A stretch of DNA of 59,311 bases, counting the filler, from Jimgerdemannia flammicorona (lineage: Eukaryota): assembly GCA_003990765.1 (NCBI GenBank). It is 3 parts of 3 records of this genome, joined end to end, with 100 filler letters (N's around TTAATTAATTAA, not from the genome) between each part and the next. Parts side by side here need not be neighbours in the genome. Positions count along the whole stretch, not along the records: positions 1 to 19,709 come from RBNJ01001870.1; positions 19,810 to 39,517 come from RBNJ01001871.1; 1 more part is not named here. One strand, written 5' to 3'. Positions 11,976 to 25,559 of the stretch are shown here, piece after piece. The notes beneath the pieces are model-generated. The model did no database searches and had not been told where the DNA came from. It saw nothing but the letters and a program-made list of their open reading frames with translations. Each line of letters begins with the position of its first letter. Within the stretch, counting starts at the first letter, position 1. The position numbers were made by a program, and so were the translations under genes.

Positions 11976-13395
11976 ATGACAAAATTAACTAAACAAAGAC
12001 ATCATCTGAAAGTTATAAGATATCAAAAAAAAAACAAAAACTTCTTGATACAATAATGAGACTTAAAAAAGAAACTATAGGTAAATATAATTCACATATT
12101 AATTATATATTAACTATAATATATTAATAATATATATATATATATAGATAAGAATGAAGATGAAGATAAAGATGAAGATGAAGAAGAAAATGAGAATAAG
12201 GATAAAGATGAGAATGAAGATGAAGATGAAGATGAGGATGATGATTAGGATGAAGATGAGGATGAGAATAAGGATGAAGATGAAGATAAAGATAAGAATG
12301 AAGATGAAAATGAGGATGAAGATGAGAATAAAGATGATGAAGAGGAGGATGAAGATGAGGATGAAGATGAAGATGAAGATGAGGATGAAGATAAAGATAA
12401 AGATGAGAATGAAGACAAAGATAAAGATGAAGATGAAGATAAAGATGAAGATAAGAATGAACAGAAAAAGAATGATGAAGAAGAAGAAAAAGTTGATAAT
12501 AGATTTAATTGGAAAACTCATATTAGTGAACTCAAAAATTATATAAAGAAATTAGAGAACTTATCTCTAAATTCTATTATACAATTTCACCATATATCAC
12601 AATATATGGCATTTAGAAACAATAATAGAAGTTCATCACAAGCTAGTTTTCTAGTTTCAGAAAGTATTGATAAAGGTTCTTACTATGCAAAGCAGTTGAG
12701 AAGATGGATACAGGACTAGATTATATAAAGAAAACTTCCCACTTCTCAACAAGGAAAATATGCTAAAAGAAAAAGTCTTTTAAAAAACAAAAACATTCAA
12801 CTTGCAGTCAAAGCTTATTTGGATAAAAATAAGTTTACTACTACTTCTAAATCTCTTAAAAAATATTTAGAAGAAGATATTTTTCCAATACTCAATATAT
12901 CAGCACAACTTCATGAAGAAACAGCAAGAAGATAGATGATAAAAATAGACTATACTTACAGTAAATACAGGAAAGGTCTCTATGTTGATGATTATGAAAG
13001 AGATGATGTTAAAGTATACTGTGAACAATTTTTAGAGCAGATAACTAAATAGAAACTACTTATGATTCAATATGATAAAAAGCTTCAACCATTACTAAAT
13101 AATATTTCTCTTGGGCAATAACATATCTTAGTCACTCATGATGAAGCTACTTTTAATGTCAATGATAATCTCAAATATGGATGGAGACTAAAAGGAGAGT
13201 TTTCTTTAAGAAAAAAAAGTAAAGGTGCTGGCATAATGATTAGTGAATTTCTTCTAGATACTGTTGGACATTTGGCTATCTCTAAAGAACAATATAAAAA
13301 GATAAAAAAACCAAAATTTCCAAGAGAAGCATATTCTCAGCTTGAAATTGGTAAAGCTCATGAAGGATATTGGACTGGAAAAGATCTGATAGATC

Positions 13396-13397
<2 letters not shown>
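11976..13397 (+). pseudogene. Tc1/IS630-like DDE transposase relic with N-terminal D/E tract, truncated by LINE insertion
   Basis: Motifs YVDDYERDDV (YxDGHERxDV-like), LVTHDEATFNVND, KGAGIMISEFL and GKAHEGYWTGKDLIDQ. Putative GT..AG intron at ~12081-12147. (GATGAA)n encodes an acidic tract. Confidence 0.75.
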
Positions 13398-13432
<35 letters not shown>

Positions 13433-13436
<4 letters not shown>

Positions 13437-16400
13437 TATAGTTACTTGGACTCTTCCTTTATTATACCCATCTATCTCATATAAGTACAGTGAACCCACT
13501 CCCTATCTAATCCCCTTAGGGGGCCCCTCCTCCCTACTCCTTCTCGATGAAACACTACTCTATCGAATACAATCCCCACCCTCCCACCACTCTGTTCACA
13601 TATCCTCACTACCAAACCTCACTGTCACCCTCCTGAAGGACCCTAACCTATCCACCATCCAGTCATCAGATCCCCCAACAGCTCCTCCCACCTTAAAACC
13701 TTCTCCTGCAGTCTCATCTGCTGCTCCTCCTCAAACACAAATAGCCAATGTTCTGCCAATCCCACCCAAACTGCTAACACCCACCTGACAGTAAGCCAAC
13801 TATTACCCACCCCCCCCACTAGCCGAGATCTCAAGTCCTTCTAGCAATTCCCCTCACCTGCTGGCCTGTGCTCTACATCCAGTCTATTCCCTATTTCAAC
13901 CCAAAAGTCCCCCAAAACCTCACACTCTCCCAGCCAATGTTCCAGCATCTGCACCAAACCCCCAGCTTGCCCTATATTGTAATACTCCTCACAATCGAAA
14001 CAGCCACTATCTACCAGATGCCCAGTGTGGAAATTCAGTATGACATTCCTCTGCAGCATTTGCCACCATACCACCCAGAACTTGGGGAGAAGCCACTGCT
14101 GTACCTCAGCACTCCAAGACCAGATACCTGCCCAGTCCCACTCCTCACTAATCCTGACCACCTGCCAACTGCTTGGCCAAAGATCCTGGCCAAGACCCTG
14201 CTGACACTCCACTCCATCCCCAATATTAAAAGTAGCAAGTGGAGTACCCCCCAGTAGCAGTCTATCCCATTGCCACATACTAGGTCCCCACAACACCTCC
14301 CCCTTATTGCCCTGCCAGCACAGACCAATTCTGTGTACTCCATCGACCACTCTCCACCAAAAGCCCTTAAACCACAGCCTCTGAATTCTATTGAGCCCTA
14401 TCAAAGAGAGTAGATCTCCTGAGGACTCTCGGGGGGAGGTTCTCATCTCCCATACCTTCTGCAGCAGAGGCACCCAACCCCCTCCTTGCAGTTCAGCCGC
14501 TCTCTTCAACCACCAGGCTCACAAGCAGTGCAACCTTTTAGGGAAATCCACAAGGCCAAGACCTCTCCTGACTACCAGTGTTGCAAGAGTATCCCAACTG
14601 ATCTGGGACCTCCTCTCTGCCCAAATCCAATCCCTAGCCACCTTCATCAGCCTCTTTACCACCCAAGCTAGGAAGTCTAGGTGGTAGGCTACATACCACA
14701 GCTTGGGGAACCAGTATATATTCAGAATTGATACCTGCCCTGCTAGAGAGATATGGCAGCCTCCCCAACCTCGAAGGGCCTCCCCCCAAACAGCCACCCT
14801 GCTCTCCCATCATACTCATGGCAAGACAGAGCTATATACAAAGAGGAAGATGCCCAGATACCATACCATCTCACCAGTAGGAACAATTGTTCCAATGACA
14901 TCTCCACCCACTAGCACATTCCCTAGCACCATAGTCTCATACTTATGCCAGTTGAGCTTTGCCCCAGAGTGATCCTCATATTATTCCACCATCTCCTTAA
15001 GTACCTTGACATCTGCCACAGACCCAAGGCCAACCACCATATCATCTGCAAAGGCTCCCACCTTCCACACTATGCCATAGATAGAGAGCCCTACCACCTT
15101 CTGGCAAATCCTATCCATCAATGGTTCCAATGAGAGAGCATAAAGAATAGGGGATAGGGGGTCCCCCTGAGGAACCCCTCTTTTCAAGGTAAACGCCAGA
15201 CTATGGTGACCATTACACATCAGCACTGCCCAACTGCCCTCTAGCAGATTCAATATAGAAGCCCGAAATCCTGGAGGAACACCAATACGATCCAATATCT
15301 TGCCCAGCCAAACCTGCTGGACCCAGTCATAGGCTTTCTTCTGGTCTAAGAAGACCAACCTTCCATCTAGGCCACAAGCCTGGGCCCCTTCAATGACACC
15401 ATGCACCCATGCAGTCCTATCTCTTATAAGTCTACCTCCAACAAAGCTCTGCTGCTCCTCTCCCAGCACCTGTTGGGCAACCTTCTGCAGCCTCGCAACA
15501 ACCACCTTAGTTACTATCTTCCTATCCATGTCCAAAAGCATGATCGGTCACCAGTTCTTCCAGTCTTCTCTCCTCCCCTTGTCTTTGTACAATAAAGCCA
15601 TCAGTCCAAGGTCTTGCTCTCCAACCCACTCACCACTCTGAAGAACATGATCACAGAGAGCAGTCATCTCACCCAAAATGCCAGAGACCTTAACCATCTT
15701 CTTCCAGAAGTCCCATGGTAGTCCATCCTCCTCTGGTGCTATTCTACTTTTAGTTGCTGCAAGGACACTCTGGACCTCCTCACCTCACACTGGCAAGACC
15801 AAGTCATCCAGTCCAGCCACTTGCAGTGGCCTCCATTCCCCTAATGTATCTTCAATAGCCACCTCATCAGCACTCCCTTCTTCCTCACTCTACAAACCCT
15901 GTCATCTCTCTTTCAAAACTCCTAAGATTTGTTGTGTGCCATATACCATGTCCCCATTGGTATCTAGGACTCCATCCTACCGATGTCTCACTCTCCTAGC
16001 TTTGAGCAGATGGAATAAATATCTAGTAGGCCACTCACCCTCTTCAAGCCCCTACCACCTTAGCCTAGCAGCCATACCTCGTATATACACCTCCTTCTCT
16101 TCTCTCAACACCTGTTGCAGTTCCATTATCTCCAATTTAATCTGTGCTAACCTCCAATCCTCCACTCTATCAGAAGTAAGCAAACCTGCCCAATCCATTT
16201 GCAATCTCCTCAGCCTGTTGGAAGCACACCTTGTGTACTTCCTCCTCCATCTCCCAGCTTCTCTCCCAGCCTCTCCCCAATAGACCCTTGCAGCCTCTTT
16301 CAATCTCATCCAACAGACACCCACTGACAAACCCTCACACCTCCAGCAAGAAACTTTTGCCTGAATGTCCTCTACCTACAAATCCCACAACCCCTTCTCA

Positions 16401-19295
16401 GCCAGCAGGGAGGAGTTAAGGCACCAATGTCTGGGTCCATCTCCACTCTCCCCAAACTGCCCCTGTCCCAACAGTCTCCAGTGATCAGACTATAGGCACC
16501 ATTCCATCTCCAATATCTTCCAGATATCAGACCCCTAGCATTCTGCTGTCAGAATCCAGTCAATCCTTGTACCTAAGCCATTCACCCAATACATGTAGAC
16601 CCTGGAGTTGCCCCATCATGTTCTGCCCATATCCCCTAAGAAGCTCAGCTGCTCCACCTCCTCCCATGCATCCAGGCCTCCACTTCTCCCTCCTGTACTC
16701 CTTCCACCATCAGTTTGGTCCAGATGCTGATCCTGAACCATATTAAAGTCCCCCCCAAGCATATCAACCCCTTTCACCAAAAGAATACCCTCCTCCAGCA
16801 GCTCCTTAATCCATACAATCCTCTCACCTCTAACCACAGGGCAGTAGCAAGAGCCAACCCTCACCAACTCCCACCCTGGCTGATGCCAATCTCCCCAGAC
16901 CAAGCGATCACCCCAGCTCCCAATACCCCCCAAGTCTCCTCTACCCTTCCTCACCAGAATTGCTACTTTTCCAAACCAAGCAGTAGCCCCACCCCATTCC
17001 CTAGTCCACTCAATCCAATCATCCTCATCCTCATACTGAACATCCTGCAGTAAAAAGAGATCAGCCTTCAATCCCTTGAGCCAATTAAAAATGTTCTTAT
17101 GCTGCCCAGATCTCCTTAGCCCATTCACATTCAAAGAGAAAATGTTGGTTGTACTGTTCATAAGAGAAAAAAAAGTTGTATCATGAACCCACCCTCTACA
17201 ATTCTGCATCCCACTCCTCCTGTAACAAATCCAAGTCATGATCAGCAGCTAGTTCCCTTTCACCAGCTTCCTGTGCCTCCAACCCTCTCAGAAGTTCTAC
17301 CATTGCCCCATCTTCTTGCTCCTCAAAGTCCTCATAATATTCCAGACAGGCTTTCTGCCAGAACCACAAACCATGCTGCTCCACCCAACAGTATGCCACC
17401 CACTCACCAGTGACCACCACCAGCTTGGCCCTCCTCACCTCATCAACCTCATATCCCTCCTCCTTCAGGAAAATCAAAAGAATCTCCCCCTTCAGTGCCT
17501 CCACCACTCCCTTGCTGTACAAAATCTGTGCCCAATACTCCTCAGGCATTACCCATAGGTCCACTTCCCCCAAAGTCTCAGCCATGAGGTTATCCATCAC
17601 CTTGCTCATCCACAGCAAGTTCCCCACCTCCTTCCCTCCCAGAGTCCCCAGCCATCCTATGTCTAACATTGTGGTGTCAGCCCCTATACTGGCAGCCTCA
17701 TCCCACTCCTCCACCAGCTCATCCTCATCAACTGTCACCACCTGACCCCCTTTTTCCACATCAGGGACCCCAAAGTGCACTTGCTGGGCCCCCTTCATCG
17801 GTATATCCTCTGTTGTCTGTCTCTTTCCAGCTGGGCCCCTCCTGATAAGAGGGGGGGGGGTTGCATCCAGCTCCTGCTCCCAGACCTCAAAAGTGCCATC
17901 AGTATAGGGGTCCTTGCTCAGCATCTTTTCAGCTCCTTCCTTGTCTGCCTCCACCTTCCCAACCCCTTTACTCGCCCAAATACTGGCTTTGACACCCCCA
18001 GACCCTGCAGCTCCCACTGCCTTCTGCTTTGCCTCTACTTTCATACTTGCAAGTAGCTCTCTCTGCCTCCTACACCCCTGTGCCCACTCCCACTGCTTCC
18101 TATCAGTATGGGTGCATTTCCCATCCATAACCTCCAGATGTATCAACTCCTCATACATCTTCCAGGCCCTTGCCCTCCTCTCCACAGCTCCACTCATCTC
18201 CTCCAGTACCTCCAACAAGTCCTCCTCCTCCTCCTCACTCCCCTTCACCCTCGATACCTTACAGATGAATGCCCTCCACATCAGTACAGAAAGCCAGTCA
18301 CTTACCTTCCCTGTGGCCTCCTTGCCCGCTAGCTGAATCCTGACATCAATGTTACCTGTTCTGATCATTGTCCCCTCCTACACCTGAAAGCTGATGTCCA
18401 CCATGTCACCATACTCAATCATCACCTCCTCTACCCTCTTTCTAGTCTCCTCCTTAGTCACTGTGAGCACCCCCTTTACCAGAAGCTGCACCATCCTGGG
18501 GTCCCATCATAAGCATCATACTATGGGGACCACCACCTTCTCAACTATGACTCCAGTCTTCAGTGCCTCATCCAGTGGGCCTGCCTCCTCAAAGCCCACC
18601 TTGACCCCCTCCAGATCCTTCAAGAACTTCACTGAGACCGCCCCAGTCACCTGCTTTGAAACAAGCCCCAGAACCATCCTTGCTGTCACTGCCAAGCCCC
18701 AGAAGCATAAGGTCACTGTGAACTCCGAGATTGACTTCTTGAGTAATGGGGTCACCACCAGCTCCATTACACCATCTGCCAGGTCCCCCTTCTATATTGG
18801 GAAACCCTGTCCCACCTGGCCATCAGCTATCACATCTCTTTTTTTTTCCTGATTCCTTGTCACACTCCCATCAACAGTCACACCCCCAGCCACAGCACCT
18901 CTAGCCCCTATGCCTGCACTCTCAGCTGGAGCACCACTCCCCCTCCTAAGGCTCACCTTGCCCTTCCCCTCAGCAGCACCAGCCCTAGTACCAGCCAGCC
19001 ACCCACTTCCCTTAACCTTGTCTGTGAAGCTCAGGAGACCAGATCTTCCCCCATTGCCACTAGACACCGGTCTCTCTCCAGAGCCTTCTCCACTCTTTGG
19101 CTCTCTTTGGCCCCCATCCCCAGGCCATAACCCCTCCCCACCTGCTGCCAGTTGAAGGCCCTAGGTCTACCCAACCTAGTATGTACACCTGTATATTCAT
19201 TACTTTCCATATTACTAGTCGCCTTTCACCAAAAACATTGTTGAAAGTGTTGCCTGAGTCTTGTGTCACCTGAATGTTACTGGTGCTAAGTTCGG
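13433..19295 (-). mobile_element. Full-length L1/Tx1-like LINE, decayed (copy 1)
   Basis: ORF1 spans ~19210-17196. ORF2 starts at 17161 with an APE endonuclease (FSLNVNGL, LLQD, GGDFN, SDH), RT (LDQKKAYD, GVPQGDPLSP, AFADD) and a C-terminal CxxC..H..C. The 3' end is AATAAAGGAAGAGTCCAAGTAACTAT(A)n and both flanks are TCAG(AT)n. Confidence 0.92.
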
Positions 19296-19299
19296 TCAG

Positions 19300-19330
<31 letters not shown>

Positions 19331-19332
19331 AT

Positions 19333-19709
19333 CGCGGAGGCATCTCTCTCTACTACAATTCACGTTACACACACTTTTCAACACACTTTCGAAGCATTTA
19401 TTGGAGAAAAGATACTAAGGCAATGTCATCCAGCAAGCAAGCCGATGCGCGTACTAGGTCAGGTGGACCTGGGGCCTTCGACTGGCAGACTGTTGGGAGA
19501 GGGTATGGTTTGGGGATGGGGTCCTTCGGTGGCTTGAGTGGGCAGGGTGGCTCAGGCAGTGGAAGTGGCACTGGTGGGGGGGCTGGAGGGAAGCAGGGGA
19601 GGAGCTTTGCGGACACGCTGGAGGGTGGGGGCTGACCATTGGGCACTCATGGTGGACCGGCGGGAGGAAAGGGGAAGCAGAAGGATAGAACCGCTGGGGG
19701 AGCTGGACC
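19333..19709 (+). mobile_element. 5' end of a related, CpG-rich (younger) LINE, cut by the contig end (copy 2)
   Basis: ORF1 start at 19423 (MSSSKQADARTRSGGPGAFDWQ) aligns with copy 1 (MESNEYTGVHTRLGRPRAFNWQ); SFAD motif shared. Confidence 0.8.
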
Positions 19710-19809
19710 NNNNNNNNNNNNNNNNNNNNNNNNNNNNNNNNNNNNNNNNNNNNTTAATTAATTAANNNNNNNNNNNNNNNNNNNNNNNNNNNNNNNNNNN
19801 NNNNNNNNN
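19710..19809. other. Assembly linker (N44-TTAATTAATTAA-N44)
   Basis: 100-nt spacer with stops in all six frames. Confidence 0.98.
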
Positions 19810-19826
19810 TTTTTTTTCGAGCATAG

Positions 19827-21089
19827 GTAACTGATTATTACATCTCCATAAAGCCCGGAGAATTACGGGATAATTCGCTGCGGTTCGGGTATTCAATGCT
19901 CCGACTGGATGTCTAAGAAATCATATCAATCTTTGCAATCTAGTTTACCCAAAGCTGTCCGGGCACCATTCTCGGACTACAATTCATCATGCTACAATTT
20001 CCTTGCCCTCTGGCCTTGTATACGAGCCTCTGTCAGCGGATTGGGATCTGAATTAGGAGATGCGAAATTTTTACCGTATGTTTTCCTTTCTATTCCTGTG
20101 CTTATAAGACTAATTCTGTCGATCCTTCTCTCCCTGAATTGTACAACACTTTATTAATGATTTGATAGAGGGGAAATATATCTCCGAGCTATTGATGAAG
20201 TACGAAAGCTTCGTCATCAGCAGGAGTCGCATATGAAGGTGGACGGCGTTGTGCAAATTGAATTCTCAGAGATTGAACTATTATCAATGGAAGTAACCGG
20301 CCATCATGGCCTCCACGACAAAAACAGGGCTGGCTGGGATCATATTAAGGGAATGCATGCTGCATTGGCAATGCTATCACGAATTGCGTATGTTTTTATG
20401 CATGGATCCGTAGAACTTTTCCAAGACGTCAAGGTGGCATTCGTTCATGCCCATGGTTAGTAAGAAAATTTACAATTTTGGTTGGTCTTAACTCTGGCTC
20501 ACCAGCAATCATGTTACTTTTCTTTTTAATTAGGAAAGACTTTGCATTTGTGGCTCTTCAACATGCCAACTCCAGGCATCTTTGTCATGCAACGTGTCGC
20601 AAAAGCAGCAGCCCGGCGAAATTTGGTGAAGCCCTTCTTTTATGCGAGTTGATCAACTTCTTATGGACATTGAGGGTAAATACAAAATAGTCCTCCAAAA
20701 GGTTTTTACCGAACTCGCTGACACTTTTCATGTTTGCGCAGGTTGAAATCTCAAAGACAGTGAAGGCAATGGTGATGTTGAAGGAATCGCATGAGGAAAA
20801 GACTTTAGGAATAAAGTTACGGGGAGAAAAGTGTGGACAGTTCCTTTACGAAGTTTTGAGACCGATGGTGGTATCAAAGAAGAGTAAGATCGTAACTACC
20901 ACATTGGACAAGAAGACAGAGTTTGCTGGCGTTGGAGAGGGTGTGCTTCCGGGTAGCTCGCCGATCAGGAATGATGAATATCTACTTGTTAATAGTAGTA
21001 GTGTAGTGGCTGACCGGCACTTTTGTCATCTCTGTGCTGACGTGTTAGCAATCTTCTTTCCATTACTTTCTATCTCCCTCACCATTTAG
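19827..21089 (+). pseudogene. Multi-exon 3' part of a PD-(D/E)xK-like (REase-fold) hypothetical gene with frameshift
   Basis: GT-AG introns at 20076-20168, 20456-20533 and ~20676-20741 give ..KFLP|GEIYL..KVDGVV..ELLSMEVTG..WDHIKG..FVHAH|GKTLHLWLFNMP... A 1-nt frameshift near 20610 is needed to reach PAKFGEALLLCELINFLWTLR. Confidence 0.6.
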
Positions 21090-21699
21090 TTAGTTGCTAT
21101 TATTGTTTTCTCCGTTCCGTTCCGCTTTATTTCTCTGTTGTATTTTTATCTTCCAATAGTCGGTTTTCCTTATCTTTAATCCTTCATTAGTCAAATGTCC
21201 AATCGCTCTAAAAGGGCTATAAGGCGACTTCTGTCCACTGAATGCATTAGACTTGCACTACTCAATCTCCTGACTCTGTTCTTCAAAGGGTAACCCGCGA
21301 AGATACCTGACACCGTTACAGTAGTAAGATAATCAATGGGCTCCAAATCGAGTTCTGGGTTCGATCCTATTTGGAATATGAAAAAGCGGGGTTTGATATT
21401 CACGGTGTGTATGCTCTCCAACCAGCACCCTACGCCCAACATGACCCTTATAACGAGCAGCAAAAGATCACCCTGTTTAATGGAGGGGTCGCGAAATAGA
21501 ACAGTGCGCACATTCATGAAATCACAAGATCCTTCCTATATAGGGTTATCCCTGCATAAAATTGTTTATATCAATATGAAACTAATTTACATCAAGTCCA
21601 CTATGGAACTGAAAAACTATAGCACCATCAGAAGTATTCTGAAACAAGAGCAGGGTGAAAAAATTGCGCCATATGTTTTCAAAGTATCTGGCACCAGAG

Positions 21700-23064
21700 C
21701 TATTCAAGATTATTTGGATAAAGAGAGAATCACCATATCAATTCTAATAATTCTAATAAAAGCATAAATACCATTCATCAAGAAGATATTTCTGGACAAA
21801 GTCAGTAGGAATTAAATTCTAAGAAACGAGAATTATCAGAAATATTCCAAGAGCCTAGGAAAAAAAGAAAAACCTCTGAAGAGTAGAATATTATGGGTAT
21901 CATCATATATAGGGGTATTCTTATATATATTCTTTAATATACTCTGTGGAAGAAATTTTACAAACTATATGTAATATATATAATATATATATATACATAT
22001 ATATATATAGTAGATGACATAATTATGAATGAACATGAAAAAGCTCTCCATTTCCTAGAAGTAGGATATAGTTGTGGTTGCTTGACTAAGATACACAAAG
22101 AAGAATTTGCTGAATTGTGAGAAGACTTCCAAGTGCTAACAAAATCTGAACAAGACATTTTCTTAATGGTCTAACTCAGATTCATAGATGGAGGAGTGAT
22201 AAGTACTAGTCAGTACCTTAAAAACAAGACTCAGATCAATAAAAGAACTATCTACTACTGAAATTATAGTACTCTGATTTGCCAAAAAAAACTTACCTCA
22301 ATATACTTAGCATTGGCCACAATTATTTTGAAAACATTTGAAATCATTTGCCAAACAATGGTCTTTACTACAGGTCCATGGTAATGTAAAAAGAATGCCA
22401 TGGTGAAAAATCAAGATGGTTATCAATATTGATGTTACTACTATTGTCAAGAATTTTTTGCTAAATTATGTCAAAGTTCAAGGCTTACCTAGCTCAGTAA
22501 GATCTATTAATTGAGTCAACCAACCAATTATCTTTCTACCAGCAGAAATGAGCTACAAGTCTGTTTACCATAATTTTTTAGCTGACCTAAAGGATAATAG
22601 TAAATTGCATAACCTCAAGTATGATGCATTCTGCAAATTATGGTATCAGTTAACCCCATATATTCAAATCATGAGTCTGAGGACTGATTTATGTGATACT
22701 TATCAGTATTTGTAAAATGACTTATAGTTCAAAGCTTGCAAAGAGAAAGAGGCCCAAGATCTATTAAATAAATATAAAGAGCATTTGGCCAAAGCCTAAC
22801 TAGAGAGAAATTATTATAACAAAAATACCAAGTTGATAGAAGAACAAAGAAAACTTATCAATCAACATTTACTGATAAATGCTAAGATTCAATATTACAG
22901 CATTGATGCTATCACTCATTACAGTTATGATTGAGTACAAAATGTCCATATGCCTCATTCTAATTAACAGATTGGTAAGATATACTATCTTAGCACTTGT
23001 AAGGTACATTTGTTTGGTATTTAAGATGAAGTAGTCTATGAACAAATTAATTATGTTCTTGATG
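21700..23064 (+). mobile_element. Sola-type DDD transposase relic, 5' part (left boundary approximate)
   Basis: SCGC..ICQKTYLNILSI..VHGN, TDLCDT, THYSYD*VQN and KVHLFGI..QINYVLD; continues in frame after the LTR element. Confidence 0.75.
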
Positions 23065-25125
23065 TATAAGAGGGTTACTTTTTAGGATAACTGTTATGTA
23101 GTTCTGGAAAGGGTTTCTAGATATTCTGGATGTTCTGGAAGACTGTTTTCTTATGGTCAAGATCAATTTCGTATGGAGTATGTCCTCTACACTTATTGAT
23201 TTCAAGATCGGGTTGATGTCTTAACCAAAGTCCTTTTTTGGACTAGTTCTGGATGTTCAGGATTTTCCGTATTTCAGGAAGTTCAAGAAACTAAGACCAG
23301 CTTAGTTGAATTGGCATATCGCTGCAGACAATACCCAATTAGGAAATTTCGTGATAGGGTTAGGAGTAGGACCTAACAGGGAGCAGATTTACTTAAGAGT
23401 GGTTTGTGGGTTATGGAATAGGTTTATTTGCTATTCATGATATTGCTATACTAGGAGTATTTGTGTGAAGGGGTATTGTGGGGAAGTATTCAGGAATGTT
23501 CTGGTATGTTTTAGTCTGAGATTCTGAGGTCTGGGGGAGGGGGTATTTATACTAGTGAGGAGCTATCTGGGCTATGCTAGATATGGATATAGCACTAAGT
23601 GCTTTGCTGAGTCGGAATGCAGTCACATAGTACAAGTGTGATCTGACATATCAAGAGATCGTCTGACTGCTGAGTTAGTTTACAGTCACATCGTACAAGG
23701 CTAATCTAACTATACTATGACTGCTAGGCTATTTATGGGTTTAAGCACTGTCTGGGTAGTCTTCGATGATATCACCATTGATTGCATCATCTCTGATGAA
23801 GTAGTTGTCTAGGAATAATGATTCGCGGATTACTTCTCCTTATTCGCTGAGGTAATAGTACATTGGAACTTCATCTCCATCTTACAGGATAGCATTGTCT
23901 GTCTCGTAGGCTGGATAAGGTATTGGTGGGCGAAGGATGGGTGTATTATCTTCGCTTTCGTCAGATTCACTGTCTGTATACCTTCTATAGGTTACAGCAC
24001 TATGAGTTGCAGGATTGTAGTAAGCTGGCAGCTGTGGTTCATGTCGCTCGTACTCAGGTGGTGGAGTGATTGGTTCAATCTCGAGGGTTGTCTGGAGGTA
24101 CAGGTTGTGTTCTCCGGTCTCTTCATTGTAGTTGAAGTAGTCAGGGGTGAATGCGGGTTAGTATTCATGCCAGTGGTCATTGTCCCAATAAGTCTCGTAT
24201 ATAATTATGAACTGTTGTAAGTTCATTGGCAAGGTTGGCAGAGTGATCAGAGTTGGCAGAGATCCTTGGCTAGAGGTCATGTCGGCATCAGAGGGATCAT
24301 TTCTTCTGCTTCGTCTTCATCGAAGTGGATTATATCGTAGATGTCCTTCATGGCATATCCAACTTGGGGCATTTGCAGGATTTGATCATTGGGGTGTCAG
24401 AAGGTTCTGTCTGTAGTTTTGATGTACTCGAGGTACTTGTGATTGAGTTCTTGTATCATGTCATCGATTTGGCCATAGGACAGGGTAGCAACCATTTCAC
24501 TGGTAGTAACTCGGAGGCAGGGAATAATAGTGCTATACTCGTAGAAGAGTTCTCGATGTTTGTGGGTGATGAGCTTCTGGTGTTGAGACATCTGGATAAT
24601 GTCTGTATCATGGTAGTGTTTGACCATGTCTTCCAGGAGGCGGCCAATCTGGTAGTAGCTTGAGATTTGTCCAATTCGGTGGGCCTCGCTAAGCATGTTC
24701 AGGGTGTTCCATCGGGCTTCCACAAAGTAGAGGGGTGCCAGGCTATGGATATTCATGAGGGGCAGAGGGGGTGTAGCTTGGTTGACAATGGTATTCCAAA
24801 TGTCAGCACGGATACAGTTATAGATCTCGGTGGTCATGTTTGTGTATTTGGAAGTTGTGGTTGTTGTTTGTTTTGGTTCTCCGATTCGATGCATCTCGGT
24901 GCTCGGTATATATGCATTTGGTCCTGATTGGTAAGGTTCCATTTGTGTAGATCTTGTGTTCCGTGACTTCATATTGACTCATCTTTGTGCACTGTGACTT
25001 CGGTTTGACTCAGCTTTGTGATCAAGCAGGTGATTTCCAGATTTGTTCAGAGGTCATGTAAGATTTCAGTGGCTTGTTCAGAGGGTGACGTGTAATTTCA
25101 GTTGCTTGGAGGTTGTGCACTTACA
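23065..25125 (-). repeat. 3' LTR (2061 bp)
   Basis: TATAAG...CTTACA termini; colinear with 31643-33704 apart from one 1-bp indel near 24301. Confidence 0.96.
23740..24837 (-). pseudogene. LTR-embedded ORF, 3' LTR copy
   Basis: MTTEIYNCIRADIW... with premature stops and a 1-bp deletion relative to the 5' LTR copy. Confidence 0.7.
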
Positions 25126-25139
25126 ACTCTCCCCTTCTT
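25126..25139 (-). promoter_or_regulatory. Polypurine tract
   Basis: AAGAAGGGGAGAGT immediately before the 3' LTR. Confidence 0.9.
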
Positions 25140-25559
25140 AGCTTTCAACATCCTCGTCAGGGCCTTCTAATTTGTTCTAGTATTGTTACACCATTTGGGA
25201 GATCAAAAGTCTGGTAAGGTCCATTTTCTCAGAAAGTGGCATGCTCATAGTACAGTTGCCTAACGCATTGGATTCACACGTTAAAGGGTTGTGTGTTCAA
25301 TGTTATGTGCCAGAAGTGATTCTGACATCATTCACTGCTGGAGAATTTCCTCTAAGGAATCTTCTTAAATGTCTATACCTTGTTTCCCACCAGTGGTACA
25401 GGGAGAATAAGCTTGCTTTCAGTTTTGCTATTTTTCCAGGGATTCGGTATTCTTGTCTTGTTTTGCTGAGTTCTTGGTTTGGTTCGCAATAATTATAATG
25501 TTCAGGAGGATAATATATAGTATGTATGGATAGGTGTGGAATATTTGGTTCTAGTTGTT

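Noticed and set aside
12114..12546. ORF-track poly-MK and poly-FI proteins
   Set aside because: Off-frame readings of a (GATGAA)n tract; the D/E frame is the one continuous with the transposase
24838..24972. N-terminal 45 aa of the 191-aa LTR ORF
   Set aside because: The first two ATGs are ACA and ACG in the other LTR (CpG-decay artefacts); the ATG at 24837/33416 has the better context
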